Assembly (NCBI RefSeq): GCF_006345805.1
Contig: NC_043026.1
Coordinates: forward strand, 6,634,001-6,698,000
Direction: 5' to 3'
Source: Octopus sinensis
Taxonomy: Eukaryota
Length of the DNA stretch: 64,000 nt
Part shown: positions 38,350 to 51,324 of the stretch, one piece after another
Layout: each line of letters starts with the position of its first letter
How positions within the stretch are numbered: the stretch's first letter is position 1
Position numbers and translations under genes: made by a program
The notes under the pieces: model-generated
Database searches by the model: none
The model's input: the letters and a program-made list of their open reading frames with translations, nothing else
What the model was told of the DNA's origin: nothing

Positions 38350-39335
38350 GATCTGGCAGAGTTTCTACAGCTGGATGCCCTTCCTAACGCCAACTCCAAG
38401 AGTGTAGTAGGTGCTTTTACATGCCACCGACACGGGGGGGGGGCTGTCAAGCAGTACTGGCAATGACCACACTCAAATGGTGCTTTTTACATGTCACCTG
38501 CACAGGAGCCAGACCAATGGCACTGGCAACGACCTTGCTTGAATGTTTTTTCACGTGCCACCAGCACAAGTGCCAGTAAGGTGACACAGGTAATGATCAC
38601 GCTCGATTGATGTTTGTAACGTGCCACCGGCATGGAGGCCAGCTTGTTGCTCTGGCAACGATCACGCTCGTATGGTACTCTTAGCACAGATGCCAGTCAT
38701 CGGATTTGATTTTGATTTTGATTTCTATTTCACTTGCCTCAACAGGTCTTCGCAAGTAGAGTTTAGTGTCCAATGAAGGAAAGGTATGCATAAGTGGACT
38801 GGTTACACCCCTGGCATAGGCCACAAGATTATGGTCTCACTTGCGCTTACCGAATCTTTTTAAGCCCAGCATATTTCCAAACGTCCCGGTCACTAGTCAT
38901 TGCCTCATTGAGGCCCAATTTTCGAAGGTCATGATTCACCACCTCTTCCACAGGTTCCCTCAACCGCTAGGGTGTGGCACTTTTTCACACAGCTATCCTC
39001 ATCCATTCAAACCACATGACCATACCAGCGCAGTCGTCTCTCTTGCACACTGCATCTGATGCTTCTTAGGTTCAACTTTTCTCTCAGGGTACTTACACTC
39101 TGTCGATTATGTACACTGACATTACACATCCATCGGATCATACTGGCATCATCCCTTGCGAGCTTATGCATATCCTCAGCAGTCACGGCCTAAGTTTCAC
39201 TGCCATGTAGCATGGCTGTTCGTACACATGCGTCATACAGTCTACCTTTTACTCTAAGCGAGTGGCCCTTTGTCACCAGCCGAGGTAAGAGCTCTCTGAA
39301 CTTAGCCCAAGCTATTCTTATTCGAGCAGCTACAT
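38350..39335 (-). mobile_element. RTE LINE 3' portion: degenerate ORF end (stop ~38847) plus 3'UTR with (AAATC)n and VNTR module
   Basis: RIRIAWAKFRELLP...KGRLYDACVRTAMLHGSET*...RRLRWYGHV. Confidence 0.85.
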
Positions 39336-39959
39336 TTTCAGTGCACACTCAAGCATTTGTGAGGGACATGGTGCTGTTTTACATGGCACCAGTGCAGACC
39401 CATTTTATGTGGAACCAGAGCAGGGGTTTTTTACAGACCACAAGCAAAGCTTTTTACATGGGAGCAGTGGGGTTAATACACACACACACACACACATGTA
39501 TTTATAAGTATGTGGATATTCACGTCGGTAAATGGATCCTGCAGGTGGAGGTGAAAGAAAAAGTGCTGTAAATAAGACAGCATTTAAACATGTCTGCAAA
39601 GGTGAGAAAAGTCTGCAACACCTTGCTATGTTAAGCATATATATATATATATACATACATACACATACTTATATATATGCACACATAAATATATACACAT
39701 ATATACTTATATTATATATATATATATATATACATACACACATACATATATATATATATATACATACACACACACACATATATATATATATACATACACA
39801 CACACACATATATATATATATACATACACACATACATATATATACACATATATATATATAATAATATTACAAATATAGATATCTATCTGTCTACCTATTT
39901 ATATATATGTGTGTGTGTGTGTGTGTGCTTACATATATATATATATAGGTCTATGTATG

Positions 39960-39991
<32 letters not shown>

Positions 39992-40375
39992 CTAGCAGTA
40001 TCGCCCGGCGTTGCTCAGGTTTGTAAGGGAAATAACTATAAAGCATTTTTAGAGAGTTATAGCAAAAAAATAGCAAAAAAATGGGGAAAAAATGATGGTA
40101 AATTTTTTTTGAGAGTTAAAAAGGTCGAGTTGCGTCCCCTAGACAGTCTGTGGTTTGTGTTTCTGATTATCGACCCCATGTCGAATTTATCGATTTTTTT
40201 CAGAACTGGGAGAACTTTTCAAAATTTTGGCTGCGTTAGTTTTGAATTATGACATTGGGCTATGTGTGTGTCGAGTTTCATCAGAATCGGTTGAAAGCAG
40301 TCGTCAGGGTGAGGGTACAAGCTAACAGACACACAGAAACACACACAGACAAACTGCCGTTTATATATAGAGAGA
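39992..40375 (-). mobile_element. Non-autonomous Helitron, different internal sequence
   Basis: Reverse complement reads TCTCTCTATATATAAA...CCTGAGCAACGCCGGGCGATACTGCTAG|T. Confidence 0.8.
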
Positions 40376-41056
40376 TATATATATTTATATGTGTGTGTAT
40401 ATACATACATATATATATATGTGTGTGTATGTATGTATGCTGTAGACAAGTATACACATACTTTCTCAAGCATTACCCTTAACAACACACACACACACAC
40501 ACACATGCATTATACCCTCACATACACTATAATACTTCTCCCCCCACCCTCCCCTAAACGTGTCTCCCACCCCCACCAACCCGTTCTGAGTGTTCTTTAC
40601 ATTCCTGTTATTCCATACCACCACTACCACCACTAACTATCACCATTGTCACGAACCATCTGACCCACCACTGCCCCCCACACCTCGCCCCCACCCCGCC
40701 CGGCTTTACTGCTGCTATTACCATGACTACAGTACTACCACCATCACCATCATCGCTACCACCACCGCCACTGACACCACTCTGCCTCTTGTCACACAAA
40801 TCATTTAAAAGGGAGTTTATGGCCCCACACCCCTTCAAATTGCACCTCCCGCGGCGCTCTCTCTCTCTCTCTCTCCCTCTCTCTCTCTCTCACAACACAT
40901 AAGCACACATGCAGCACACCCCACATCTCCCTCCTCTCCAGGTACCCCTTGCTACTGCCAAGTGTCCTGGCTTTGAAGCACTCTCACCCTCATGGGCAGG
41001 GCTGCCAGAGAAAATGTCGCAGCAACTCCACATCTTACACACACACATACATATGC

Positions 41057-41087
<31 letters not shown>

Positions 41088-41209
41088 CATACATACATAC
41101 ATACATACATGTGTGTGTGTGTTACATGTATATGTATATGTGTAGGTATATATATATATATAAAAATATATATATATTATATATATGGATATGGGTGTGT
41201 ATATATATA

Positions 41210-41254
<45 letters not shown>

Positions 41255-41775
41255 TATATACATGCGTGTGTGTATATAAGCGTATGTGATATATATATAT
41301 ATTATATATATATATTATATATATATATATGTGTATGTACATGTGTGTCTGTCTATGTATATATGTGTGTGTATATATATATACACATACATATACATAC
41401 ATACATATGCATGTGTGTATGTATGTGTCTGTGTGTGTATATATATGTATATATGTATTGTTCCCCCATCTCAACCACCATCACCACCACCACCATCACC
41501 ACCACCACCTCCAACACTGCCACCATCATCATAAACCCACGCCTATCTGCTTCCTTTCTCAGTATTTCATATTCTTCGCTAAACCCAGCCTTCACACATA
41601 AATATTTACAAGTCCTCCCTGCCTTACACACACACACACCACGTGTGCATGGGAGCAACACACCTAGAAATGCTACCAAACACAGCCCCACGCCCTCTGC
41701 CTGTCTCTGTCTCATCTATCCCTTATAAATCTGTGTGTGTATGTATACATATATATATATATAAAGGTAGATTAT

Positions 41776-42085
41776 ATAACTTAGATTGGTTCCGGCCATT
41801 ATGGGCCCAAACCATGACTAACTCAATAGCACCTCCTGGAAAAGATTTTAAGTTAATTATTTCGGGACACCATGGACCACTCGAGCAATGTGTTGTTGTT
41901 GGTTGAGACGTATCCAGGTCTAGGTGGTTTATCTGGTATTTCCTGGAGGAATTTGTCCAGGTACCCTTTGAAAGTTGTAGGGGTTTTTTTCTACTTTAAT
42001 TTCTTTTGGGATAACATTGAAAAGTGCAGGATCGTCTGCAGTGAAGAAAAGAAATTGTTCTTATGTGATGTGATCTCGACCTTTA
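41776..42085 (-). mobile_element. LINE 3' end, copy 1 (empty site)
   Basis: Reverse strand, with a frameshift: PALFNVIPKEIKVEK..FKGYLDKFLQEIPDKPPRPGYVSTNNNTLLEW. Confidence 0.8.
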
Positions 42086-42326
42086 TATATATATATATAT
42101 ATAACTTAGCGGTTTGGCAAAAGAGACCAATAGAATAAGTACTAGGCTTGCAAAGTATCCTGGAGGATAAATCACACAAGTGAACAAGTAGCTTGTTTAC
42201 CAACCACGTGGTTCCGGGTTCAGTCCCACTGTGTGGCACCTTGGGCACATGTCGTTTTCTATAGCCTTGGGCCGACCAAAGCCTTGTGAGTGGATTTAGT
42301 AGACAGAAACTGAAAGAAGCCTGTCG

Positions 42327-42365
<39 letters not shown>

Positions 42366-42596
42366 GTGTGTGTATATGTTTGTGTGTCTGTGTTTGTCCC
42401 CCAACATTGCTTGACAACCGATGCTGGTGTGTTTACGTTCCCGTCACCTAGCGGTTCGACAAAAGAAAACGATAGAATAAGTACTAGGCTTATAAAGAAT
42501 AAGTCCTAGGGTCGATTTGCTCGACTAAAGGCGGTGCTCCAGCATGGCCACAGTCAAATGACTGAAACAAGTAAAAGAGAGTAAAAGAGTATATAA

Positions 42597-43325
42597 GTAG
42601 GAGAAGCAACTTAGGTAACTTCGATTAACTTAGATTGGTTCCGGCCATTATGGGCCCAGACCATGACTAACTCAATAGCACCTCCTGGAAAAGTCTTTAA
42701 GTTAATTATTTCAAGACACCATGGACCACTCGAGCAAGGTGTTGTTGTTGGTTGAGACATACCCAGGTGTAGGTGGTTTATCTGGTATTTCTTGGAGGAA
42801 TTTGTCCAGGTACCTATTTCTTTATTACCCACAAGGGCTAAACACAGAGAAGACAAACAAGGACAGACATAGGTATTAAGTCGATTACATCGATCCCAGT
42901 GTGTAACTGGTACTTAATTTATCGAACCCCGAAAGGATGAAAGGCAAAGTCGACTTCGGCGGAATTCGAACTCACAACGTAAGGCAGACGAAATTTGTCC
43001 AGGTACCGTTTGAAAGTCGTGGGGTCTTTTTCTACTTTAATTTCTTTGGGGGATAACATTGCAGAGAGCAGGGACATTTGCAGTGAAGAAAATGTGTCAC
43101 AATGTTCTTATGTGATGTGATCTCAACCTTTGTAGGGAACACATTGCACGGGGGCCTAGTCTTGGGTGAATTGTAAACATAATACCGATATCATTTGGAT
43201 AATATTAATGGGATATTTTCCACATGGTGCAAATAATGTATCATTCACGGCAGCATTGCAGAGAATTGAGTTTCAGCTGTTTAAGCCGAGCCCAATAATC
43301 AAGTCCCATCATACTCTTTAACTCT
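42597..43325 (-). mobile_element. LINE 3' end, copy 2 (longer; interrupted by a SINE at 42815-42991)
   Basis: MMGLDYWARLKQLKLNSLQ...HPRLG upstream of the same C-terminus; SINE TSD AATTTGTCCAGGTACC at 42799-42814 and 42992-43007. Confidence 0.82.
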
Positions 43326-45135
43326 TTTACTTGTTTCAGTCATTTGACTGCGGCCATGCTGGAGCATCGCCTTTAGTCGAGCAAATTGAAGTGTCGTCCG
43401 ATCATCTGCTCCCTTAACCCTTTAGTATTTAAACCGGCCATATCCGGTCAAAATAGTTAATCTGTTTTATGTTCAAACTGACCAGATCCAGGCTCTCACA
43501 CCTACCCTACAATGTTATTCTACATTAAGTAATTACACCATCAAGATCTTGAAGATATGAGATAATGCATGATTAATTCAAATCAATGGGAATCAATAAG
43601 CATTATGTTTGATAGAATAATCAGAACACTAAAGGGTTAATGACTTTCTGGGGCTTAGAGTCATCGGCAAGTGTTTTAATGGTGCTATGTTCAATGGAAT
43701 CTGCAATGTGGAGGAGGTTGTGGTGGTGATGATGATGATGGTCACGGTGGCATTGGAGTTGGTGGTGGAGGAGGTAGTGGTAATGATGGTGGTGGTGGTG
43801 GTTGTTAGAGATGTGGTTAAGTTCGATATTGTTGTTTAGCCCCAGGTCAGTCCTGATCCTACAGCAGGCCTATGATCAAATTCTGTCTCACCACAACCAT
43901 CCCATCGTTCATTCAATCAGACATAGTCTATCTAGGACTACATTATCTAATGTGTCATTCCCTTTTATAATCACTTCTACTCCAGGCACAAAGCCCGAAA
44001 TTTTTTGGGAGGGGCCCAGTCGATTAGATCAACCCCAGTACACAACTGGTACTTAATTTATTGACCCCAAAAGGATGAAAGGCAAAGTTGACCTCAGCGG
44101 GATTTGAACTAGGAACATAAAGGCAGACAAAAAAACCACTAAGCATTTCGCCCGGTGTGCTAACAATTCTGCCAACTCACCAACCTCTTTCCCTAACAAC
44201 AGAGTGTGCTTTTGAGGGATTTTGGCTGCTATTACTCTTTTACTCTTTTACTTGTTTCAGTCATTTGACTGCGGCCATGCTGGAGCACCGCCTTTAGTCG
44301 AGCAAATCGACCCCAGGACTTATTCTTTGGAAGCCCAGTACTTATTCTATCGGTCTCTTTTGCCGAACCGCTAAGTTACGGGGACGTAAACACACCAGCA
44401 TCGGTTGTCAAGCAATGCTAGGGGACAAACACAGACACACAAACACATACACACACACTTATATATATGTATACATATATATACATATATACGACAGGCT
44501 TCTTTCAGTTTCCGTCTACCAAATCCACTCACAAGGCATTGGTCGGCCCAGGGCTATAGCAGAAGACACTTGCCCAAGGTGCCACGCAGTGGGACTGAAC
44601 CCGGAACCATGTGGTTGGTTAGCAAGCTACTTACCACACAGCCACTCCTACGCCTATATTGCTAGCATATTTTGGTATATGGCTATTTATAAGAGTATTT
44701 CATCCTCAGACATGAGAGTGCTGAGACGATGGCATGGGTGGGGGTGGGGGGTGGATGGAACAGTGAGTAAATCAGAGTGGGGGGGGAAAGGGTGGAGTCT
44801 GCTCCACCCTTGTGAGGTCAGGGGGGAGTGGGGCAGGCGGGTGGGAGCATGGTTGGTGGTCATGGCAATGGGGAAAGGTGAGTTGGCAGAACCAACCATA
44901 CCCAACCTTCTGGGGGGGGGGGGGGATGAGTTGCTTTTATTTGTTTTATTTATTTGTTTTTGAATGTGGACAAGGTCAGAGAGAAACTGGATATCTACAA
45001 CAGTCCCCCTGATGTGTGTGTGTATATATGTATGTATTTGCATATATATATACATATACATACATATATATATACATGCATATATATGTATGCATATATA
45101 TATATATCTATATAATATATATGTAATATATATAC

Positions 45136-45200
<65 letters not shown>

Positions 45201-45215
45201 TATATATTTATATAT

Positions 45216-45252
<37 letters not shown>

Positions 45253-45960
45253 AATAATATATATTTATGTGCATACATGAATGCTTGTGTGCACACACAC
45301 ACACATTCCCACTCCATTTCTTTCTCTACTACCCCCACCGCCCCCTCCACTCCATCTTGTCTTTTATTACAAAGTAGCGTGTGTCTATATATATACATGT
45401 GTGTATGTGTGTGTGTTGTGTGTGTTGTGTGAGAGGAGTTCAGGTGAGAAGGCAGAGCAGTGCCATTCTGAAACCCTTGTCCCCTTCTAACATATTCAAA
45501 GACTCGCCCCCCCCTCTCCCCCCTCCTTTCTTCACAAGACCCAACAAAGCATGCACTAACCCCCACCCCCACCCTCTGCCACTTCACCCACATCAATGCA
45601 ACAAACCATAAATAAAACCACCACCACCAACACCACCGGTGGTAATGGTAGTGGTGGTGGTGGTGGTGGTGGCTGTGCTGATGGTGGAGGAAGTAGGGAC
45701 AAGGTTTAAGGGAATGGGGGAGGGGCCCAAAGTGCAGTGGGTCATTTTTTATTTCCTGCCCCCCCCCCGGTATTGCTCCCACACCCCACTTCCCTCATCT
45801 ATCCCAACCACATGGTTCCGGGTTCAGTCCCACTGCATGCTACCTTGGCCAAGTGTCTTCTACTATAGCCTTGCGCCGACCAAAGCTTTGTGCGTGGATT
45901 TGGTAGACGGAAACTGAAAGAAGCCCATCATATATATATATATATATATATTTATTTATT

Positions 45961-46151
45961 GGTTGTATACTGTGGATTTAACATGACAGTAGGGGATTAC
46001 ACCACCGCTGTTTAGCCCTAGGAAGCATCAACGCTTCCTGTCGGCTTCGACACATTTCCTGTCAAAGCCATCAGGAGGCGTCGATGCTTCCTAGGGCTAA
46101 ACAGCGGTGGTGTAATCCTCTACTGTCATGTTAAATCGACAGTATACAACC
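45961..46151. mobile_element. 191-bp near-perfect palindrome (foldback MITE-like)
   Basis: ~92-bp arms GGTTGTATACTGT... / ...ACAGTATACAACC, short loop near 46055. Confidence 0.85.
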
Positions 46152-46248
46152 ATTCTATCGCCCCACCACCATACATATCTCTATGAGATATTTCAAAATT
46201 TAATATTTCTGATATTTATTTATTTATATATATAACGCCATGATTGAC

Positions 46249-46635
46249 CGTTAGCTCCCATTTTTTTCTCTCCTTGTTTCTCTCCTTGTTTCTTTTCTGT
46301 GTATCTTTCTAATGAAGAGCGTAGGCTCGAAACGTAAAAGACTTGTTCTATTTCTATTCCTGAGCGCCATACTAATACATTTGTTTGTTTGTACACCACC
46401 TGCCTTCGTCTTTTGTTTATTTTCGTAAACCTTCCCGTTATATACATATATATATATATATAGTTGAAATTTACAGAAAAACAAAAGACAACGACAGGTG
46501 TATAAACAACAAACTGGTGTGTTACTTTGATGGTTGGGAAAGATGGAAAAGTCTTTTACGTTTCGAGCCTACGCTCTTCATCAGAAAGGAACACGAGGAA
46601 ATAAACAGAGAGAGAATAAAAAAAACTTGTGGAGC
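46249..46635. mobile_element. Tail-to-tail pair of hammerhead-motif elements around a shared (TA)n
   Basis: Plus copy core CTAATGA...GAAACGTA at 46309-46336; minus copy core CTGATGA...GAAACGTA at 46557-46584. Confidence 0.75.
46553..46588 (-). ncRNA. Minimal type-I hammerhead ribozyme motif with intact core
   Basis: CUUU-CUGAUGA-A-GAGC(GUAG)GCUC-GAAAC-GUA-AAAG: stem I CUUU/AAAG, stem II 4 bp, palindromic ACGU stem III. Activity untested. Confidence 0.65.
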
Positions 46636-46640
46636 ATATA

Positions 46641-46868
46641 TATGACATTACACCAAAACACATTAAAACAGAAACAGACCCTATAGGGTTCAAGAAGTCT
46701 TTGGACAGATTCCTTCAAGAAAATCCGGATAAACCTCCTACACCTGGATATGTCTCTGTAAACAATAACTCTCTACTTGAGTGAGCCATAGTGCCCAAAT
46801 TCTGACTTGAAAGACTTGGCCTGGGCCAATAATGGCCGAAACCTATCAAAGTATCAAAGTATCAAAGT
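46641..46868 (+). mobile_element. LINE 3' end with (TATCAAAG)n tail
   Basis: ITPKHIKTETDPIGFKKSLDRFLQENPDKPPTPGYVSVNNNSLLE*; same clade as 41776-43325. Confidence 0.78.
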
Positions 46869-47869
46869 ATATATATATGTGTGTGTCTGTGTTTGTCTCC
46901 CCCACCATCGCTTGACAAACGATGTTGGTGTTTATGTCGCCATAACTTATCGGTTCTCTTTACTCTTTTACTTGTTTCAGTCATGTGACTGTGGCCATGC
47001 TGGAGGACCGCCTTTAGTCAAGCAAATCGACCCCAGGACTTATTCTTTGTAAGCCCAGTACTTATTCTATCGGTCTCTTTTTGCCGAACCGCTAAGTTAC
47101 GGGGACATGAACACACCAGCATTGGTTGTCAAGCGATGTTGGGGGGGACAAACACAGACACACACACATATATATACATATACACGACAGGCTTCTTTCA
47201 GTTTCCGTCTACCAAATCCACTCACAAGGCTTTGGTCGGCCCGAGGCTATAGTAGAAGACACTTGGCCAAGATGCCACGCAGAGGGACTGAACCCGGAAC
47301 CATGTGATTGGTAAGCAAGCTACTTACCACACAGCCACTCGGCAAAAGATATTGATAGAATAAGTCCTGGAGTTGATGTTTTCAACTAAAAGGCTGTGCT
47401 ACAGCATGGCCGTAGTCAAATGACAGAAACAAGTAAAAGAGTAAAGAGGTAAACGAGTAATATATACTCATATATACACACATACGTATACACATCAGTC
47501 CACCCATAATAAATACATACATGCATACATACACACACACATACATACATACATACATTATATATATATATATATATACACATGCAAGCACTCATATATA
47601 CACACACTACACATCACAAACATGTGACCCACACATGCACACACATGCACACACACACACACACGCGCACACACACACACACATACATGACTCTACCTCC
47701 TCTTTCCCTCCCTCTCCACACTTGTCCACCTGAAGAAGTGAGAGTTGAACCTGGTGGTGGTGGTGGTGGTGGAAAGGGGTGGGGTGGGGGGTCAGGTCTC
47801 AAAACAGGATATGTCATGTCTGGACTGGCTATTCAGGGATGGGGAGGCAGTGGGGGAACGGGAGAGCTG

Positions 47870-48215
47870 GGGAATTACTACTACTACTGCTGTTGCTGCT
47901 GCTGCTACTACCACTACAACCAGCACCAGCGCCACCACCACCACCACCACCACTGCTGCTGCTGCTGCCACTACTACTACCACTACAACCACCACCACCA
48001 CCACCACTGGCATTACTACTACTACTATTGTTACTACTACTACTACTACTACTACTACTACCAGCACCAACGCCGCCACCACCACCACCACCACTACTGC
48101 TGCTGCTACTACTACGACTACTGCTGCCACTGCCACTACTACTACTACAACTACTACCACTACAACAACCACCACTGCTGCTACTACTACTACTGATGCT
48201 CCTACCACTGCTATT
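47870..48215. repeat. (TAC/CAC/TGC)n compound microsatellite
   Basis: Direct reading. Confidence 0.93.
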
Positions 48216-49959
48216 ACTGCAAAAATTATCTTTTTCCTTTTCCTGTTGTGGGCCCAAAGCCTGAAATTGTGTCTGGGCTGAGGTGTGGCTGATTACATCA
48301 ACCCCACTGCTTCAGTGAAACCATGTTTTATTGACTCCAAAAGGATGAAAGACAAAGTTGGCTCTGGTGGGATTTGAACTCAGAATGCAACAAGCCAGCA
48401 GTGACTGGAAGTGTTATCATGTACATTGTTTTGTCTTGGTATAAAAGATGGGCTACAGCAAATATTCTGCTCAATACCACAGATTTGCTTGTCAGTTGTT
48501 TAACCTTAACCAGTTGAGCATGTCCCTTGGTGGCTGACGATATGTGCATCTCTGATCACGAGCAGAAGTAGTGGGGGAGCATCATAGCCATGTGTTGAGA
48601 GGGATTCTTTGGGGTTTGGATATACGTATTCTTTTATTACTTTATTTGTTTCAGTCATTTGACTGCAGCCATGCTGGAGCACCGCCTTTAGTTGAACAAA
48701 TCAACTGCAAACCTAGTACTTATTCTATCGGTCTCCTTTGCCGAACTGCTAAGTTACAGGGATGTAAACACCAGTATAGGTTGTCAAGCAAAAATGGGTG
48801 GACAAATACACACACACACACACACACACACATACATACATTTATATATATGGATATCATCATCATCATCATCATTGTTTAGCGTCCGCTTTCCATGCTA
48901 GCATGGGTTGGACGGTTAAACTGGGGTCTGAGAAGCCAGAAGGCTGCGCCAGGCCCAGTCTGATCTGGCAGTGTTTCTACTGCTGGATGCTCTTCCTAAT
49001 GCCAACAACTCCGTGAGTGTAGTGGGTGCTTTTTACGTGCCACCGGCACAGGTGCCAGACGAGGCTGGCAAACGGCCACGGTTGGATGGTGCTTTTTCTG
49101 TGCCACCGACACAGGTGCCAGACGGAGCTGGCAAACGGCCACGGTTGGATGGTGCTTTTTACGTGCCACCGGCACGGGGGCCTGGCGAGGCTGGCAAATG
49201 GCCACAAACAGATGGTGCTTTTTACGTGCTGATAGCATTCTTTCATTCTCCATCTACGAAATCAACTCACAAGGCCTTGGTCGGCCCAAGGCTATAGTAG
49301 AAGATACTTGCACAAAGTGCCACACAGTGGGACTGAACCCAGAACCATGTGGTTGAGAAGCATGTTCCTTACCACACAGCCACACCCATGCCTATATATA
49401 TATATATATATATACATACATGCGTACACATACACACACACAGACAACACGCTTTCATTCATCCGTTCCATGTGTCATACTGTCATGAACACACTCACAC
49501 ACTCTTACATATATTCACAATTACGCATTTATGCATATACTCACGCACAGACACACACTCACATATGTACATACAATACATGTATGCATACATACATACA
49601 CACACGTACACATGCATACACACCACACACATACATACATACATACATTCATACGTACATACAAACATACATACATACATACCTATATGCATGCTTACTT
49701 AATCATACACACAAAGCCACCATGACCACCACCACCCGATCTCCTTTACTAAACAGAAGACTCTGGCTGACTCAATAATAGTCCCTTATCCCCTCTCACA
49801 CACCCTCCTTTGCCTTTCTGTCACCCAGCCCTACCACCACCACCACCACCACCACCACCACTCTCTCTCTCTCTCTCTTCTTTCCCCACAAACCAGTGCA
49901 GACTGGTTTCAGATGGGTGGGGGGTGAAGTGAAACCCTTAGATCTACAGTCACTTACAC

Positions 49960-50545
49960 CATCAAAGCCACCACCACCACCACCACTACTACTACTACCA
50001 GAACCACAATCACCTCTACCACCATCACCACTACCACCACCACCGTCACCACCACCACAACCATCACCACCACCACCACCACCACCACCATCACCACCAC
50101 CACCACGTCATCACCACAACCATCACCACCACCACCACCTCCACCACCATCACCTCCACCACCATCACCACCACAACCATCACCACCACCACCACCTCCA
50201 CCACCATCACCTCCACCACCATCACCACCACAACCATCACCACCACCACCACCTCCACCACCATCACCACCACAACCATCACCACCACCACCACCACCAC
50301 CACCACCACCGTCATCACCACCACCACCACAACCACCACCACCACCACCACAACCACCACCGTCATCACCACCACCACCACCATCTTCACTACTACCTCT
50401 GTCACCACCATTGCCACTGCTACCGACACCTCCACCACGACCATCTCCGCTGCCACCATTGACAGCACCCCCTCTACCAGCATCATCACCATTACCATCA
50501 CAACCACTATTGCCACCGCCATCTCCACCACCACCACCGTCCTTA
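49960..50545. repeat. (CAC/CAT)n microsatellite
   Basis: Direct reading; source of the poly-H/P/G/V pseudo-ORFs. Confidence 0.93.
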
Positions 50546-50978
50546 CCCAAACATTACCCCCCACACCAAGTAAAGTCTCTTCTGCCTCTCTTTCTCTCCT
50601 TACATATGCATAATGTATGCATATGTGTGATGTCCCCCTGTGCCATGGGCTCCCTAAGGCCAGTGACCCCGGCCACTGGACGGGGCACCGGTCCATCTCA
50701 AGGTGACACATTTCTGCCAGCTGAATGGACAGGAGCAACGTGATAAAATGAAGAGTCTTCCTCAAGAACTCAATGGATCGCCCGCTCCAGGAACTGAAAC
50801 CACAATCTTACGATCATGAGTCTACCATCCCTAACCACTAAGCCATGCACCACTACATGTATATGTATATGGTGGTGCCATGTAAAAAGCACACCCCGAC
50901 CTTCCAGTGAAAAAATTATACCATTTTTTTCAAGAATAAAAGAAGAGTTACCTCCCATGAGTTGATGTTAGCCAGTTT

Positions 50979-51284
50979 TCTTTATATATAAAATTGAAGT
51001 TGTGTGTGTGAGACTCTGTCTCCTCCGATTTAGATTCCTAACTACTCCCACATTTTGCGGTGCAGTTTAACCAAATTCGGGTATCTTATAGTCGTGATTC
51101 ATATCGAGCCCTTCTGGGTATTAGCGCGCGTCTACGATGAGTCTACGATTTAAAAAAAAGATTAGCGTCATTTTTCCGCATTTTTAATGATTTTTGCTCG
51201 GGTTATATAAGGGAAGTAACTCTCTAAAAATGTGTATATAATTATTTCCCTTACAAACCCGAGCAACACCGGGCGATACTGCTA

Positions 51285-51285
<1 letters not shown>
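50979..51285 (+). mobile_element. Non-autonomous Helitron
   Basis: TCTTTATATATAAAA...CCCGAGCAACACCGGGCGATACTGCTAG|T. Confidence 0.85.
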
Positions 51286-51324
<39 letters not shown>

